DNA of 61,080 nucleotides from a virus (lineage: Duplodnaviria; Caudoviricetes), in IMG/VR virus record IMGVR_UViG_3300032219_001741, positions 1 to 61,080 of that record. One strand, 5' to 3'. Positions 1 through 9,476 of this stretch are shown here, in pieces. The notes below the pieces were generated by a model, which ran no database searches, had not been told where the DNA came from, and was given only the letters and a program-made list of their open reading frames with translations. Numbering within the stretch: position 1 is the stretch's first letter; the number at the start of each line of letters is the position of its first letter. The translations under genes were made by a program, and so were the position numbers.

Positions 1-123
1 ATCCCGGCGATTCTCGGGGCCGCGCGGCTTGCGTTCCGTTTGGTTCAAGGCTTTCGGGCCGCCCGTCGCCGTTGGACTCAAGGATGCGTGATCGCTCCCA
101 ACGCCGCAATTTACGAAGCGATC
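1..123. repeat. Terminal direct repeat, copy 1 (circular assembly overlap)
   Basis: 1-123 is identical to 60958-61080. Confidence 0.95.
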
Positions 124-194
124 ATCGCCAGCGGTGATCGGAAACTTTCAACCGCAGACGAATGGCCGGTGCTCGGATTTCACGGAAACGAACG

Positions 195-647
195 ATGACG
201 GAGCCGGGCCACGATCGAGTTACAACACTCGCCCACGAGTTAAGCGAGGTTGCGCAAACCGTGGCGCTGGTCCAGCAAGGGCTGACATCGCTTGCGGAGA
301 CCGTGAAACGCGACGGCACGGCCACCGTTGACGCCATCCGAGGCATCATGGCGGAAATCAAGAGCGTCCGCGATGAAGTCAAGAGCGTTGCGAGTTCCAC
401 TGGACCCACATGGAGCGGGCTCGGCAAAGGAGCCACCATCATCGCCACCTACACGGTAATCCTTTGTTCTGCGATCGGGCTTTACGTCGATTCCGTGGCC
501 ACCAAAACGCTTTACGCTGAAGGCGAGAAACGGATCACGGAGATGAAAGAGGCGCACGCAAAAGACTTGGCTCAGACCGAAGACATGATTCGAATCAAGA
601 CCACGCTCGGCATCGCTTTCAACTCCAGCCTCCCCCGCCAGCAATGA
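195..647 (+). CDS. Coiled-coil protein with one TM segment (possibly lysis-related)
   Basis: ATGA overlap at 195-198 with the junction-spanning gene; hydrophobic stretch IIATYTVILCSAIGLYV. Confidence 0.6.
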   Translation: MTEPGHDRVTTLAHELSEVAQTVALVQQGLTSLAETVKRDGTATVDAIRGIMAEIKSVRDEVKSVASSTGPTWSGLGKGATIIATYTVILCSAIGLYVDSVATKTLYAEGEKRITEMKEAHAKDLAQTEDMIRIKTTLGIAFNSSLPRQQ

Positions 648-2875
648 GCGCACGAAAGATCCTCCCTCCCACCAACGGCGACACGCTCGAAATTGGAAGC
701 AGCGCCGAGCCGATTGCCTACATCAACGCGGTGGTCGTCAAGAAGGACGGGGCTGACGTGGCAACCTTGGCAAGCCCGACTTTCACCGGAACCGTCACCA
801 TCCCAACTGCGGACGGGGCCGACAACTCGACCAAGGCGGCCAACACGTCATGGGTGCGCTCGTTTGTGGCTGGGATTTCGTTCGGAACGCTTGGCGGTCT
901 GGCGTCTGGAGTTCTTGCGTGGCTTCAGGATCCGACCTCGGCAAAACTTCGGGCGGCCGTGACCGATGAGACCGGGACAGGCTCGCTGGTGTTTGCCAAC
1001 ACCCCGACTCTCACGACGCCAGTCCTCGGAACGCCCACGTCAGGAACCCTCACGAATTGCACAGGGCTCCCGGTCGCAACAGGGATCGCTGGGTTTGCTG
1101 CCAACGTCGCGGCATTCCTGGCAGCCCCAACTTCGGCCAACCTGTTGGCGATGCTGACGACCAAAACCGGCACCGGCAACGCCGTCTTTGGAACCTCGCC
1201 AACACTGACCACTCCAGCCCTTGGAACCCCGACGGCGCTGGTGTTGACCAACGCTACCGGGCTCCCTCTCTCAACCGGCGTCGTTGGCCAACTCCCAGCC
1301 GGAAACATCGCGAACACCGCAGTCACGGCAGGGAGCTACACCTTGGCCAACATCACGGTGGACGCACAGGGCCGACTCACGGCAGCATCCTCGGGCTCGA
1401 TCATCGACGACGCGACCCCGTCCTTGACTAAAGCCTACTCGTCATCGGCGGTCAACGGACGCCTTGCTGCGCTCGAATCTGGCGGACTCACCACCGAGGG
1501 CGTGCAAGACACCGTCGCGGTGATGATCCAAAACGGTGGCGGGATCTCGTGGACCTACGACGACTCTGCCGGGACGTTGACTCCAGCCACAACGGGACTC
1601 CTTAAGGCGGATGGCACCGTCGCAGGATCTGCCATCCAATCCCTGTTCGGAGTCAAGTTCGCCGCCGCCACGACGCTGACCATCACGGGCGGTGCCGTGA
1701 CCGTATCGCAGTCCAGCCACATCCTGAGCGGCACCACGACGCTTTCGACGATCTCGGGCGGGGCGACGGAACAGGTCGTGTTTCTCACCGTGGCCAGCGG
1801 CTCAACCGTGACGGTCAAGCACTACGCGAGCGGGAGCGATAACATCCTTTGCGGTGGCGCCAATTTCTCTGTCACAGGGGGCGCCGGGGTGCTGTTGATT
1901 GGTCGATGGGACGGAAGCCGGTGGCACCTCGGCAAGCTGGATGGACTGAGCGCCACAGGCGACGCACTTGTCGCCAACCCGCTCTCGCAGTTTGCGGCCA
2001 CAACATCGGCGCAACTTCGCGGGGTCTTGAGCGACGAGACCGGAACTGGGGCTGCGGTATTTGCCACATCCCCTACACTAGTGACTCCTATTCTTGGAAC
2101 CCCGACAAGCGGCACGCTGACAAACTGCGCGGGACTCCCGCTTGCAGGACTGGCGGCACAGGCGGCAAACACCATCGTAATGAACGCCACCGGAGCCTCG
2201 GCGGTGCCTACGGCGAAAACCATCACGCAAGCCCTGGATGCCCTTATTGGATCGAACGAGGGTTCATTGATCGTCCGCAACGCATCAAACTGGATTGAAC
2301 TGCCACGCGACAACAATGGGAGCGTCTTGGAGCTTGTTGCCGGAGTGCCTGCGTGGGCGTTTGCATATCGCGAAGTCTGGATCGGTGCTGGTTCGATCAT
2401 CCCGCGCACGACCAACGGTCCGGCGCAATCCACCGTTGAGTTGGCGACCAACGACGTGATGTTCGATTTTTTGGACTTCGATCAAACCACCGAGGAAGGC
2501 GCGACGTTTTGCGTCAGCCTGCCGAATCGCTACGGGCGGGGAACGATCAAGGCGAAGTTTTACTGGACTGCTGCAAGCGGGTCGGGCGGGGTCGGTTGGG
2601 GTATCCGAGCTCGGGCAAACTCTGATGACGATGCTCTTGATTCTGCCTATGGCACCGAGCAAGTCGTCACGGACACATTGATCACGGCCAATGATTGCCA
2701 CATCACGGCGGCCAGCGCAGCCATCACCATCGGAAACACACCAGCAACTGATGACCTGATCGTCTTTGAAATCACTCGCGAAGTCGCAAACGGTTCCGAT
2801 ACCCTTAATGCCGACGCTCGATTGATTGGAGTCAAACTTCAATACTTGGAGGGTGCGGCATCCGTTGCGTGGTAA
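644..2875 (+). CDS. Tail fibre / virion structural protein
   Basis: 743 aa, Gly/Thr/Ala-rich, three ~46-aa repeats (TGTG.VF..PTL.TP.LGTPT...LTN..GLP), VDAQGRLTAA fibre motif. Confidence 0.8.
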   Translation: MSARKILPPTNGDTLEIGSSAEPIAYINAVVVKKDGADVATLASPTFTGTVTIPTADGADNSTKAANTSWVRSFVAGISFGTLGGLASGVLAWLQDPTSAKLRAAVTDETGTGSLVFANTPTLTTPVLGTPTSGTLTNCTGLPVATGIAGFAANVAAFLAAPTSANLLAMLTTKTGTGNAVFGTSPTLTTPALGTPTALVLTNATGLPLSTGVVGQLPAGNIANTAVTAGSYTLANITVDAQGRLTAASSGSIIDDATPSLTKAYSSSAVNGRLAALESGGLTTEGVQDTVAVMIQNGGGISWTYDDSAGTLTPATTGLLKADGTVAGSAIQSLFGVKFAAATTLTITGGAVTVSQSSHILSGTTTLSTISGGATEQVVFLTVASGSTVTVKHYASGSDNILCGGANFSVTGGAGVLLIGRWDGSRWHLGKLDGLSATGDALVANPLSQFAATTSAQLRGVLSDETGTGAAVFATSPTLVTPILGTPTSGTLTNCAGLPLAGLAAQAANTIVMNATGASAVPTAKTITQALDALIGSNEGSLIVRNASNWIELPRDNNGSVLELVAGVPAWAFAYREVWIGAGSIIPRTTNGPAQSTVELATNDVMFDFLDFDQTTEEGATFCVSLPNRYGRGTIKAKFYWTAASGSGGVGWGIRARANSDDDALDSAYGTEQVVTDTLITANDCHITAASAAITIGNTPATDDLIVFEITREVANGSDTLNADARLIGVKLQYLEGAASVAW

Positions 2876-3195
2876 TGAATGTGTTCGGGACACAACGACG
2901 CAGGGCACGGTTGATTCCGCCAGTATCACCACCGGCCACCCCGGGAAGCTTTTCAGGCAGCTCAACATCGCCCGGATATGCCGACCTCACATGGACCGAC
3001 GTCGTCGGAGAGTCCGAATACGAACTGGAATACGGAACCGCACCGTCCTTTTTTCCGCTGGCAACACTCACGGCCGGGACAATCAGCTACACGCACTCCA
3101 TTACCGGACCTGTGGATGTCGATTATCGAATTCGGGCCAACAACGCAGGCGGATCATCCGCATGGAGCAGCACGATCACAGTCAGCGTCCTTTGA
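2875..3195 (+). CDS. Fibronectin type III (Ig-like) domain virion protein
   Basis: LTWTD...YELEY...YRIRANNAGGSSAWS FN3 pattern; TAATG coupling to the fibre gene. Confidence 0.8.
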   Translation: MNVFGTQRRRARLIPPVSPPATPGSFSGSSTSPGYADLTWTDVVGESEYELEYGTAPSFFPLATLTAGTISYTHSITGPVDVDYRIRANNAGGSSAWSSTITVSVL

Positions 3196-3312
3196 TGGCT
3201 TGACGTGCGGCAATTCCGCCTACGCTTACGCCAACGCCACCACGGACCCGTGACCGCTTGACTTCGCGCGGAAATCGGTCAAAGCTGACCGCCTCGTTTG
3301 GATCGTCCATAA

Positions 3313-3344
3313 GCCCCCATCCTACGGCGAACCGGGATGGGGGC
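3313..3344. terminator. GC-rich hairpin between convergent genes
   Basis: gcccccatcc-N12-ggatgggggc perfect 10-bp stem; no clear U tract. Confidence 0.5.
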
Positions 3345-3349
3345 GACGA

Positions 3350-5167
3350 TCAAATCCCGAACGGTCGCGGCCTTGCCTGCCGTTGCTGCCCGTCCCCGGG
3401 AATCCATCCGCCCTGACTGCCCGGAGGCGTGTAGACCGTCGCCGCGTCGATCAGCGCATAGGCCAACGCCAGGGCCATCACAGAGTCGTCGTGTTGCCCT
3501 TGCAACGCCCGGAACTTCCCATCTTTGTGCTGCACGAAAAGGCGCATCTCGTCCAAGGTGCGCCGGTCCACCACGATCCCGCCCGTCGGATTGACAAGCA
3601 CGCGGTTTTCGCCGGTCCCGACCCATTCCGGGAAATCCCGCACCGCTTGGTTAAGCTGGGCCAACATCGTGCGCCGACTCTCCGCCGTGGTGAGGTATCC
3701 GTAGCGCCCGGATGGCCGCGACTTCTTGACCTCTTGGTTGATGTCCACCCCGTCCCGGCCCTCAAAGACAGTCGCGCCCCAGTCCACCAGATCCCGGATG
3801 ATGTCTGTCCCGCAGTTGCGCTCCGGGACGATGAACGCTCCGCCGTAAAGTCGATGGGCAAGGTAGACCTGTTCCGCGACAATGTCCGGCATCCATTGGC
3901 ACGGCCAACGGTTGCGCATCACGATTTTTGGAGGATGCCAGCCGCGTTCGTCGTGGTAGCCTTGCCGGAGGACGATGATGCCGTGGTGATCTCGGTTCGT
4001 GCCTTTCTCGTCTGAGGCGACGCCGGTCATGAAGTCGCACCCGATGACGTAGCGGCGTCCCTTAATCGGCGGCTCGTATTGCAACCACATCGCCTGTTCC
4101 ATGCCAACCGGGGAGAAGATCGCAATCTTGCGGTTCGTTGGTGACGTGTCGAGAATGCCTCCGCTTGGGACCATCTCGCCAATGACGGTTTCGAGTCGTC
4201 CGAGACCCGAGTTGGAAAAAAACGACGGGCTTGATGCCGTGAATGCTTCCTCGGGATTCTCCGGGAACTCTTGCTTAAACCGGTTGGCGTCACCCTTGAA
4301 CTCCGTGGCGATCGTTCGGCGGCGGAATGCGATGTATTCCGGCCCAATCCCCAGCCGGGCCATGATGCCCTTTTCCTCCTCGGTCAGATTGTCCATGAGT
4401 TCCTCCCTCTGCGCGTCCGTCAGTTCGTCTTTGCTGTCCTCAAACTCGTGCCACCCGGCGAAGATTTTGATCCAGCCTCGGAGATCCTTCTGCTTGGCTT
4501 CGTGCAAAAACTGCGTGGTCTCCGCCGTCCAGTAATCGAAGAACACCCCGCTCGGGCCGTTCGCCGTCGTCTCCAACACCGCAAGCGTCCCCGGAAGGTG
4601 GGGCATCGTGTTCATCATCCCCGAGAGGACGTTGTCGGCGTTCGCAACTCCGAACTGCGCCCAGTGGGCCACCTCCGTTCCAATGATGACCTGGCACGTC
4701 GCCGATCGACCCGCCCGCGTGTCCCGGGCCGTTTCCTTCTGAACGATCGACCGGTTCGGGAAAGTGATTTTCTTGTCCGTGACCTTGACCGGCCCATCCC
4801 ACGGATACCCGTCATTCTCGATAAACCGGTTGAGGATCGCCCACATGTTGTCGGTTGCCGAATACTCATGGCCGATGATAAGGGTCCGCTTTGGGTTCGG
4901 CTGGGATTCGCTAAACCACTTCACTCCGCCCATCCAACCGGTCGAGCTGCCTTTCTGGCGGGGCTTAAGCGACAGAAAGCGCATCGGCCGACTGTTGGCC
5001 AAGCACCACGCCATCGCCTCGCCAAAGCGGCGCTGAAGGATGTTCAGCTTCCAGGGCTTGGTCGACCCATCCTTGAAATCGATCTTCTCGTATCGCTCCG
5101 CCCAAAGCCGGAACCCGCCCGGGTCGCAGAGCAGCGCACGCTCAAGACCGGCGGCGTCGATGACCAT
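3350..5167 (-). CDS. terL: Terminase large subunit
   Basis: LQRR Q-motif region, KPRQKGSST Walker A, IIGTEVAHW Walker B, ETTANG coupling motif, IGCDF and HDDSVMA nuclease motifs. Confidence 0.92.
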   Translation of the reverse strand: MVIDAAGLERALLCDPGGFRLWAERYEKIDFKDGSTKPWKLNILQRRFGEAMAWCLANSRPMRFLSLKPRQKGSSTGWMGGVKWFSESQPNPKRTLIIGHEYSATDNMWAILNRFIENDGYPWDGPVKVTDKKITFPNRSIVQKETARDTRAGRSATCQVIIGTEVAHWAQFGVANADNVLSGMMNTMPHLPGTLAVLETTANGPSGVFFDYWTAETTQFLHEAKQKDLRGWIKIFAGWHEFEDSKDELTDAQREELMDNLTEEEKGIMARLGIGPEYIAFRRRTIATEFKGDANRFKQEFPENPEEAFTASSPSFFSNSGLGRLETVIGEMVPSGGILDTSPTNRKIAIFSPVGMEQAMWLQYEPPIKGRRYVIGCDFMTGVASDEKGTNRDHHGIIVLRQGYHDERGWHPPKIVMRNRWPCQWMPDIVAEQVYLAHRLYGGAFIVPERNCGTDIIRDLVDWGATVFEGRDGVDINQEVKKSRPSGRYGYLTTAESRRTMLAQLNQAVRDFPEWVGTGENRVLVNPTGGIVVDRRTLDEMRLFVQHKDGKFRALQGQHDDSVMALALAYALIDAATVYTPPGSQGGWIPGDGQQRQARPRPFGI

Positions 5168-5170
5168 GGT

Positions 5171-5443
5171 CTAGCCCTCGATCGGGATGACTCGCGTGAC
5201 GCGCTTGCCGTTCTCGATGGATCGCACCTTGCGGAATCCAGCCTTCGCAAGCCGGGTCGCGTTCCAGTGCTTTTGCGGGACCGGATCGGGGATCGGGATA
5301 CCCCACCGGTCCATGAGTTCCTTGGCGCGTTCGATGTCAAGAGGCTTACGCTTCCCGTGGCCGCCTGTCGTGCGTCCGCTGCGCTCGTGACGACCCGGAG
5401 GAACCAGACGGAACGATGTCCTTGGAATGAATGGGGCGTTCAT
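5171..5443 (-). CDS. Small basic hypothetical protein upstream of terL
   Basis: ATG at 5443, tightly packed between the HTH gene and terL. Confidence 0.55.
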   Translation of the reverse strand: MNAPFIPRTSFRLVPPGRHERSGRTTGGHGKRKPLDIERAKELMDRWGIPIPDPVPQKHWNATRLAKAGFRKVRSIENGKRVTRVIPIEG

Positions 5444-5444
5444 C

Positions 5445-5774
5445 TCAGTAGCCCACCTTTCCGGCCCGTCGCGCCATGGCCCCATAAACCCAAAGCTCCC
5501 GGTATTTGTAGCGGTGGCCCGTGCGTTGCCAGCAATCGGACGGGATTTTGCCTTGTTTGCGCCACCGGTTGAGCGTGTTTTTGTGGCACGAGATGCGCTC
5601 ACAAACCTCATTCGAATCGAGGAACACCGGGCCGCGCCGGTTCTCAATGTTGTCGATGTCGGTCGGCCCGTGAGACCGAAGCAGTTCTCTCACGAGTTGC
5701 GTCAACTCTTGAACGGCGGACTCCAAAACGGAGACGCGATCTGATTGCTTAAACGGTGATGCAGTGGCGCTCAT
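5445..5774 (-). CDS. MerR/excisionase-like HTH DNA-binding protein
   Basis: FLDSNEVCERISCHKNTLNRWRKQGKIP winged-HTH pattern; start may be 5786. Confidence 0.7.
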   Translation of the reverse strand: MSATASPFKQSDRVSVLESAVQELTQLVRELLRSHGPTDIDNIENRRGPVFLDSNEVCERISCHKNTLNRWRKQGKIPSDCWQRTGHRYKYRELWVYGAMARRAGKVGY

Positions 5775-5850
5775 GGTGAGTGCCATAATTGCAGTAGTTA
5801 CGGAAAGTGCCAACAAATTAGTGGCTTGACAGAGCGAAAAACCTTTGCCG

Positions 5851-5867
5851 TGGTTGCGCGTGGTGTC
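5851..5867. repeat. 17-bp inverted repeat, left copy
   Basis: tggttgcgcgtggtgtc is the exact reverse complement of 8316-8332. Confidence 0.9.
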
Positions 5868-5890
5868 GTTCGGTGCGAAGGATTGGGAAG

Positions 5891-6127
5891 ATGAGCAAGC
5901 CCGTCGCCTACATGCACGAGTTCTTCGGGATGCCATGCAACCCGGAGGCGCTACGGCAATACCGCCTCGCGCGGCAGATTGCGAACCGTGGCCACGCCTA
6001 CGCAAAACGCCGGGCGAGCGAGCTAGAATCCTCGGAGCCGGAGGTTGCCAAGACGATTCGCGTCATGATTGAGCGCGACGAATCGTATTTGATTACGCTG
6101 CTGCCAAGCCCGGACGCTGCGCCGTGA
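5891..6127 (+). CDS. Hypothetical protein
   Basis: 78 aa helical ORF; overlaps the portal 3' end convergently by 35 bp. Confidence 0.55.
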   Translation: MSKPVAYMHEFFGMPCNPEALRQYRLARQIANRGHAYAKRRASELESSEPEVAKTIRVMIERDESYLITLLPSPDAAP

Positions 6128-8270
6128 CGTTCGACATCGGAGTCGGGGCCGCCGTCATTACCGGCATCTGCGCAATCGCATCGATTGCCGCCATACCCTC
6201 CCGGGATTGGTAAAGCTGCATCTGCTTGCGATACACCGGGGCCAGCATCACCCGGACCTCGGGCAAAAGGGCCATGAACCGCTCGACGAGCCCGATCACC
6301 TCCAGGCCCTTACCGCCTTGCTGCTCCTGCTTGAAGCTCGCGACGGTCATGGTGATGTCGAATTCCAGATCGACGACCTTGGTCCGCTGAATCGCCTCCA
6401 TCTTGACCGCGTCGCCGTCCGTGAGTCGGAACAGTTGCGAGTCCGGCATCCGATCAGCCGCGAGGAGAATGATGGATTGCGTCGCCCGCGCCAGACCTGG
6501 GGACAGGTGCATGATGTAGGGCGCAAACATTTGGTCCCCATCGCGCGACATCTGATTGATCCCGGTGGCTGTCTTCGTGGTGTTCAACCCCGCCGTGGCG
6601 TTGTCGTTCATGTTGGCTTGGCCGGTGAGGTTCTGGACCGTCTGGAGCAGGAGTTCGAGGTAGGTGTAGAGATCGGCTTGGTTGACCGGCACGATGCTCT
6701 TGACCTGGAACGCTTCCTCCAACTGCCTGCCTGGTTTGAGGTTCCACTGCTCGCCCCCGTTGATCGTGACCGGCCCGTCCTGCTCCTCGAAATCCGTGAA
6801 GGCGGACTTGTCCAAAGCGCTTACCGTTCCCGTCGTCATTGTCTGGAACGCGAAGCGGTTGGCGGTGGTGTCCACGGACCAGTTGAGCCGCCAGAAATAC
6901 TTAGCCATCCCCTCACCATGCCAACGACCATCGACCGGATTGATGCGGACGATTGAGAACGGACGCTTGCCGCGCGGCAACACATTCCTCGCGTAGTCGT
7001 AGAAAATCGGCTTCTGCTGGTCGATGTCGATCAAAACCATAAGGGAGCGAGGCTCGCCTTTTTCCCACACGTCGAAATGCACGTAGCATTCGAGGACGCC
7101 AATCTTGGCCCCTCGTTTGGTGGTGTCGGTGAACTGCGTGGTTGACGCGCCCATCCCCATCGCCTCGCCAAGATCCTCCCGGGGTTGCTCCCTGGCGCTC
7201 TTCGGGTTCGTGCTGCCGACGCCCTGCGACTTAATGTAGGCCAAGAGGTTCGGAAAATCCTCCTGTTTACCGCCACTTTGGAAATACTCCGCCGTCAACG
7301 ACAGCGCGGGCATGTCGTAGATGTGGCCAACAAAGGCAGCCGTATCGACATCCCGATCCGTGAGGCCGATCAGGAAATCCCTGAAATCGACGTTATCGAT
7401 GACGGCCCTGTTGTCCGAATCCACAATTCGCTCGACCGTGTGGACGGCGAATTGAAGTTGATCAGGCTCCTGGGCGTAGGTCGGGAGCATTGTGAACCCA
7501 TCCCGGGCCAAGATGAACTGCACCGTGCCGTTCTCGTCCTTGTTCCGAATCCACTGGTCGGAGCGGAAAATGTAATCGCCGTCCTTGGCAAAGATCGGCT
7601 TGCCCTTGTCCACCACGACTTCGGCATCGGTCTCGTAATAGTCGGGACGGCGGAGCCACGAGGTTTTCGTGATACCTTCCCCGCGCCGGAACGCTTGCGC
7701 CGTGGCGATGTTGAGCACTTCGACGGCATCGGCCCGGTCAACAACCCATCGCGCCCATCCCTCAACGACCGGGGCGATCTCGGCGTCGTTGTTGCCCAGC
7801 GGGGTCGGGGCGATACCAAACCACGGATCGCTTCCAAAGAAATACCCCTGCGCCTTGGCTTCGAGCTGTTGGATCTGCCGCCTTGTAATCGGAATGTGAT
7901 CGTTCGAGTGATCCCACAAGCCCGGATAGAGCATCGGACGCCAGTCCATTTCCAGGCTGTAGATCAGGTCGAACAGCTTGCGTTGACCCATGTGGGTCCT
8001 CACCGCGAGCTTGGCTTGCTGGTTGGCCGGGGCGTTCGGATCGGTGAGGAATCCCGTGGCGTGCGCGTGATCGCGGCCAAGCTCGTTTTCGCATCGGAGC
8101 TTTTCCGCGATGCAATGCTCGACAAGGCGCTTTTCCAATCGTCGGCCGTCCGGGTGCTCCTGAAGTCGGCGTTTCAGAACGGAATCGAAGACGGCGACCG
8201 GCTTGTCATAAGCAGGCTCCGGGTCCGGGGTGCCGTTGTGCTTTTTGATGAAGCCTTCGAGTTCGTTCAT
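6093..8270 (-). CDS. Portal protein (podovirus-type)
   Basis: ~725 aa; RPFSIVRINPVDGRWHGEGM, NTTKTATGINQM and DLEFDITM segments typical of P22/N4-like portals; TACAAT 6 nt before ATG 8270. Confidence 0.85.
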   Translation of the reverse strand: MNELEGFIKKHNGTPDPEPAYDKPVAVFDSVLKRRLQEHPDGRRLEKRLVEHCIAEKLRCENELGRDHAHATGFLTDPNAPANQQAKLAVRTHMGQRKLFDLIYSLEMDWRPMLYPGLWDHSNDHIPITRRQIQQLEAKAQGYFFGSDPWFGIAPTPLGNNDAEIAPVVEGWARWVVDRADAVEVLNIATAQAFRRGEGITKTSWLRRPDYYETDAEVVVDKGKPIFAKDGDYIFRSDQWIRNKDENGTVQFILARDGFTMLPTYAQEPDQLQFAVHTVERIVDSDNRAVIDNVDFRDFLIGLTDRDVDTAAFVGHIYDMPALSLTAEYFQSGGKQEDFPNLLAYIKSQGVGSTNPKSAREQPREDLGEAMGMGASTTQFTDTTKRGAKIGVLECYVHFDVWEKGEPRSLMVLIDIDQQKPIFYDYARNVLPRGKRPFSIVRINPVDGRWHGEGMAKYFWRLNWSVDTTANRFAFQTMTTGTVSALDKSAFTDFEEQDGPVTINGGEQWNLKPGRQLEEAFQVKSIVPVNQADLYTYLELLLQTVQNLTGQANMNDNATAGLNTTKTATGINQMSRDGDQMFAPYIMHLSPGLARATQSIILLAADRMPDSQLFRLTDGDAVKMEAIQRTKVVDLEFDITMTVASFKQEQQGGKGLEVIGLVERFMALLPEVRVMLAPVYRKQMQLYQSREGMAAIDAIAQMPVMTAAPTPMSNVTAQRPGLAAA

Positions 8271-8315
8271 GAGCGCATTGTATGGGCCTTTCGTGAATAG
8301 CGAAACTTTGGGCTT

Positions 8316-8332
8316 GACACCACGCGCAACCA
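8316..8332. repeat. 17-bp inverted repeat, right copy, in the portal/scaffold divergent promoter region
   Basis: gacaccacgcgcaacca. Confidence 0.9.
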
Positions 8333-8392
8333 TCGCAAACCGAGCCCTCAAGTTACCCGTGCGAGCGTGCGCGAAAGGGTCATGATGGCGGC

Positions 8393-9412
8393 ATGTCATT
8401 ACTCGAACAGGCTGGGCTCACGTCCGCCGCCGATACGACTGAGACGGCCGTCCTTGAGGGGACGGATACCCAATCCCTGGCAACGGCTGACGGAGCCGGG
8501 GATGTTGTGACCTATGATGACCCGGAACTTGCCGAACTCGCGGCGCTTCTGGCTCCGAAACCAAAAACCGAGGGCGACGCCCCGGTTGAGACCACGGAAC
8601 CAGCGCAAGCCGAAGAGGAGGAAGAGGATCCCGGAGAGGTCAAGCATGAGCCTGGAACGCGTCGGATGCGAATCCCGCGCGATGACGTGTGGGAAATGTC
8701 CCTCACGATCACCCGGGAGCTGGCGAAGACTGGAGTCAAGATCAGCCCGAGCGAAGCCGAAACCCGAGCCAAAGCGGCCCTGGGGATCGTGGACGCTCCG
8801 AAGACTGAGCCAACCACCGCGCAACCCGATAGGCCCGCCATTGACGGACTGCCCGAAGGAATTCACGACCTTGCCTCACTTGAGGCCCGGATCGAAGTCC
8901 TTCAGGCCGAAGCCGATGCAGCCCTTGATCGTGCGGTGGATGAGTTCGACGACGAAGCCAAGGCGGAAGCCAAGGCCAAGGCCGCCGAAATCCGCGCCCT
9001 GACGAAGCTCGCCCCGAAGCTGGAAGCCGCAAAAGCTGCGGATGAAAAGGCTTATTGGGCGGAGTTCGACAGGCACGAGGCCGAAGCTCGCTCGATCTAC
9101 CCGGAACTCGCGGACGAAACTCACCCGGCAAACTCTCGGGCGAAGGAAATCCTCGATGGATGGTCCGCGACTGGAGACCCCCGGCTTGCCCGTGCGGATC
9201 TCGCCAAGGTCGTGGCTAATCTTGTCGCCGCTGAACTCGGACTGACCCCGGCCCGCCGCGAAAGAGCGGCGACCACTGAGCGACCCGTCACAACATCCCC
9301 GTCCCCGGTAGCCAAGCCGCCAACCGGTCGAGGTTCCTCGACCACAACCGCCCCGGCGGCCAAGACATCGGCGTCCGCACTGCTCGAACAACTCGCAGCA
9401 GCCGGTCTGTAA
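8393..9412 (+). CDS. Capsid scaffolding protein (putative)
   Basis: Acidic, Ala/Glu-rich helical protein directly upstream of the capsid gene. Confidence 0.7.
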   Translation: MSLLEQAGLTSAADTTETAVLEGTDTQSLATADGAGDVVTYDDPELAELAALLAPKPKTEGDAPVETTEPAQAEEEEEDPGEVKHEPGTRRMRIPRDDVWEMSLTITRELAKTGVKISPSEAETRAKAALGIVDAPKTEPTTAQPDRPAIDGLPEGIHDLASLEARIEVLQAEADAALDRAVDEFDDEAKAEAKAKAAEIRALTKLAPKLEAAKAADEKAYWAEFDRHEAEARSIYPELADETHPANSRAKEILDGWSATGDPRLARADLAKVVANLVAAELGLTPARRERAATTERPVTTSPSPVAKPPTGRGSSTTTAPAAKTSASALLEQLAAAGL

Positions 9413-9476
9413 CCCGTGGAATTGGCCGTTAGAGCAAACTCAACGACTAACTCAAACACAATAACACACTAAGAAA

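Noticed and set aside
1-123. Biological terminal repeat of the virion DNA
   Set aside because: Falls mid-gene and has k-mer-like length; more simply an assembler overlap
8271-8399. N-terminal extension of portal in the ORF track
   Set aside because: Overlaps the scaffold start and the divergent promoter; ATG 8270 has a well-placed TACAAT
8393-9412. LLEQ..GL at both scaffold termini
   Set aside because: Too short to support a functional claim
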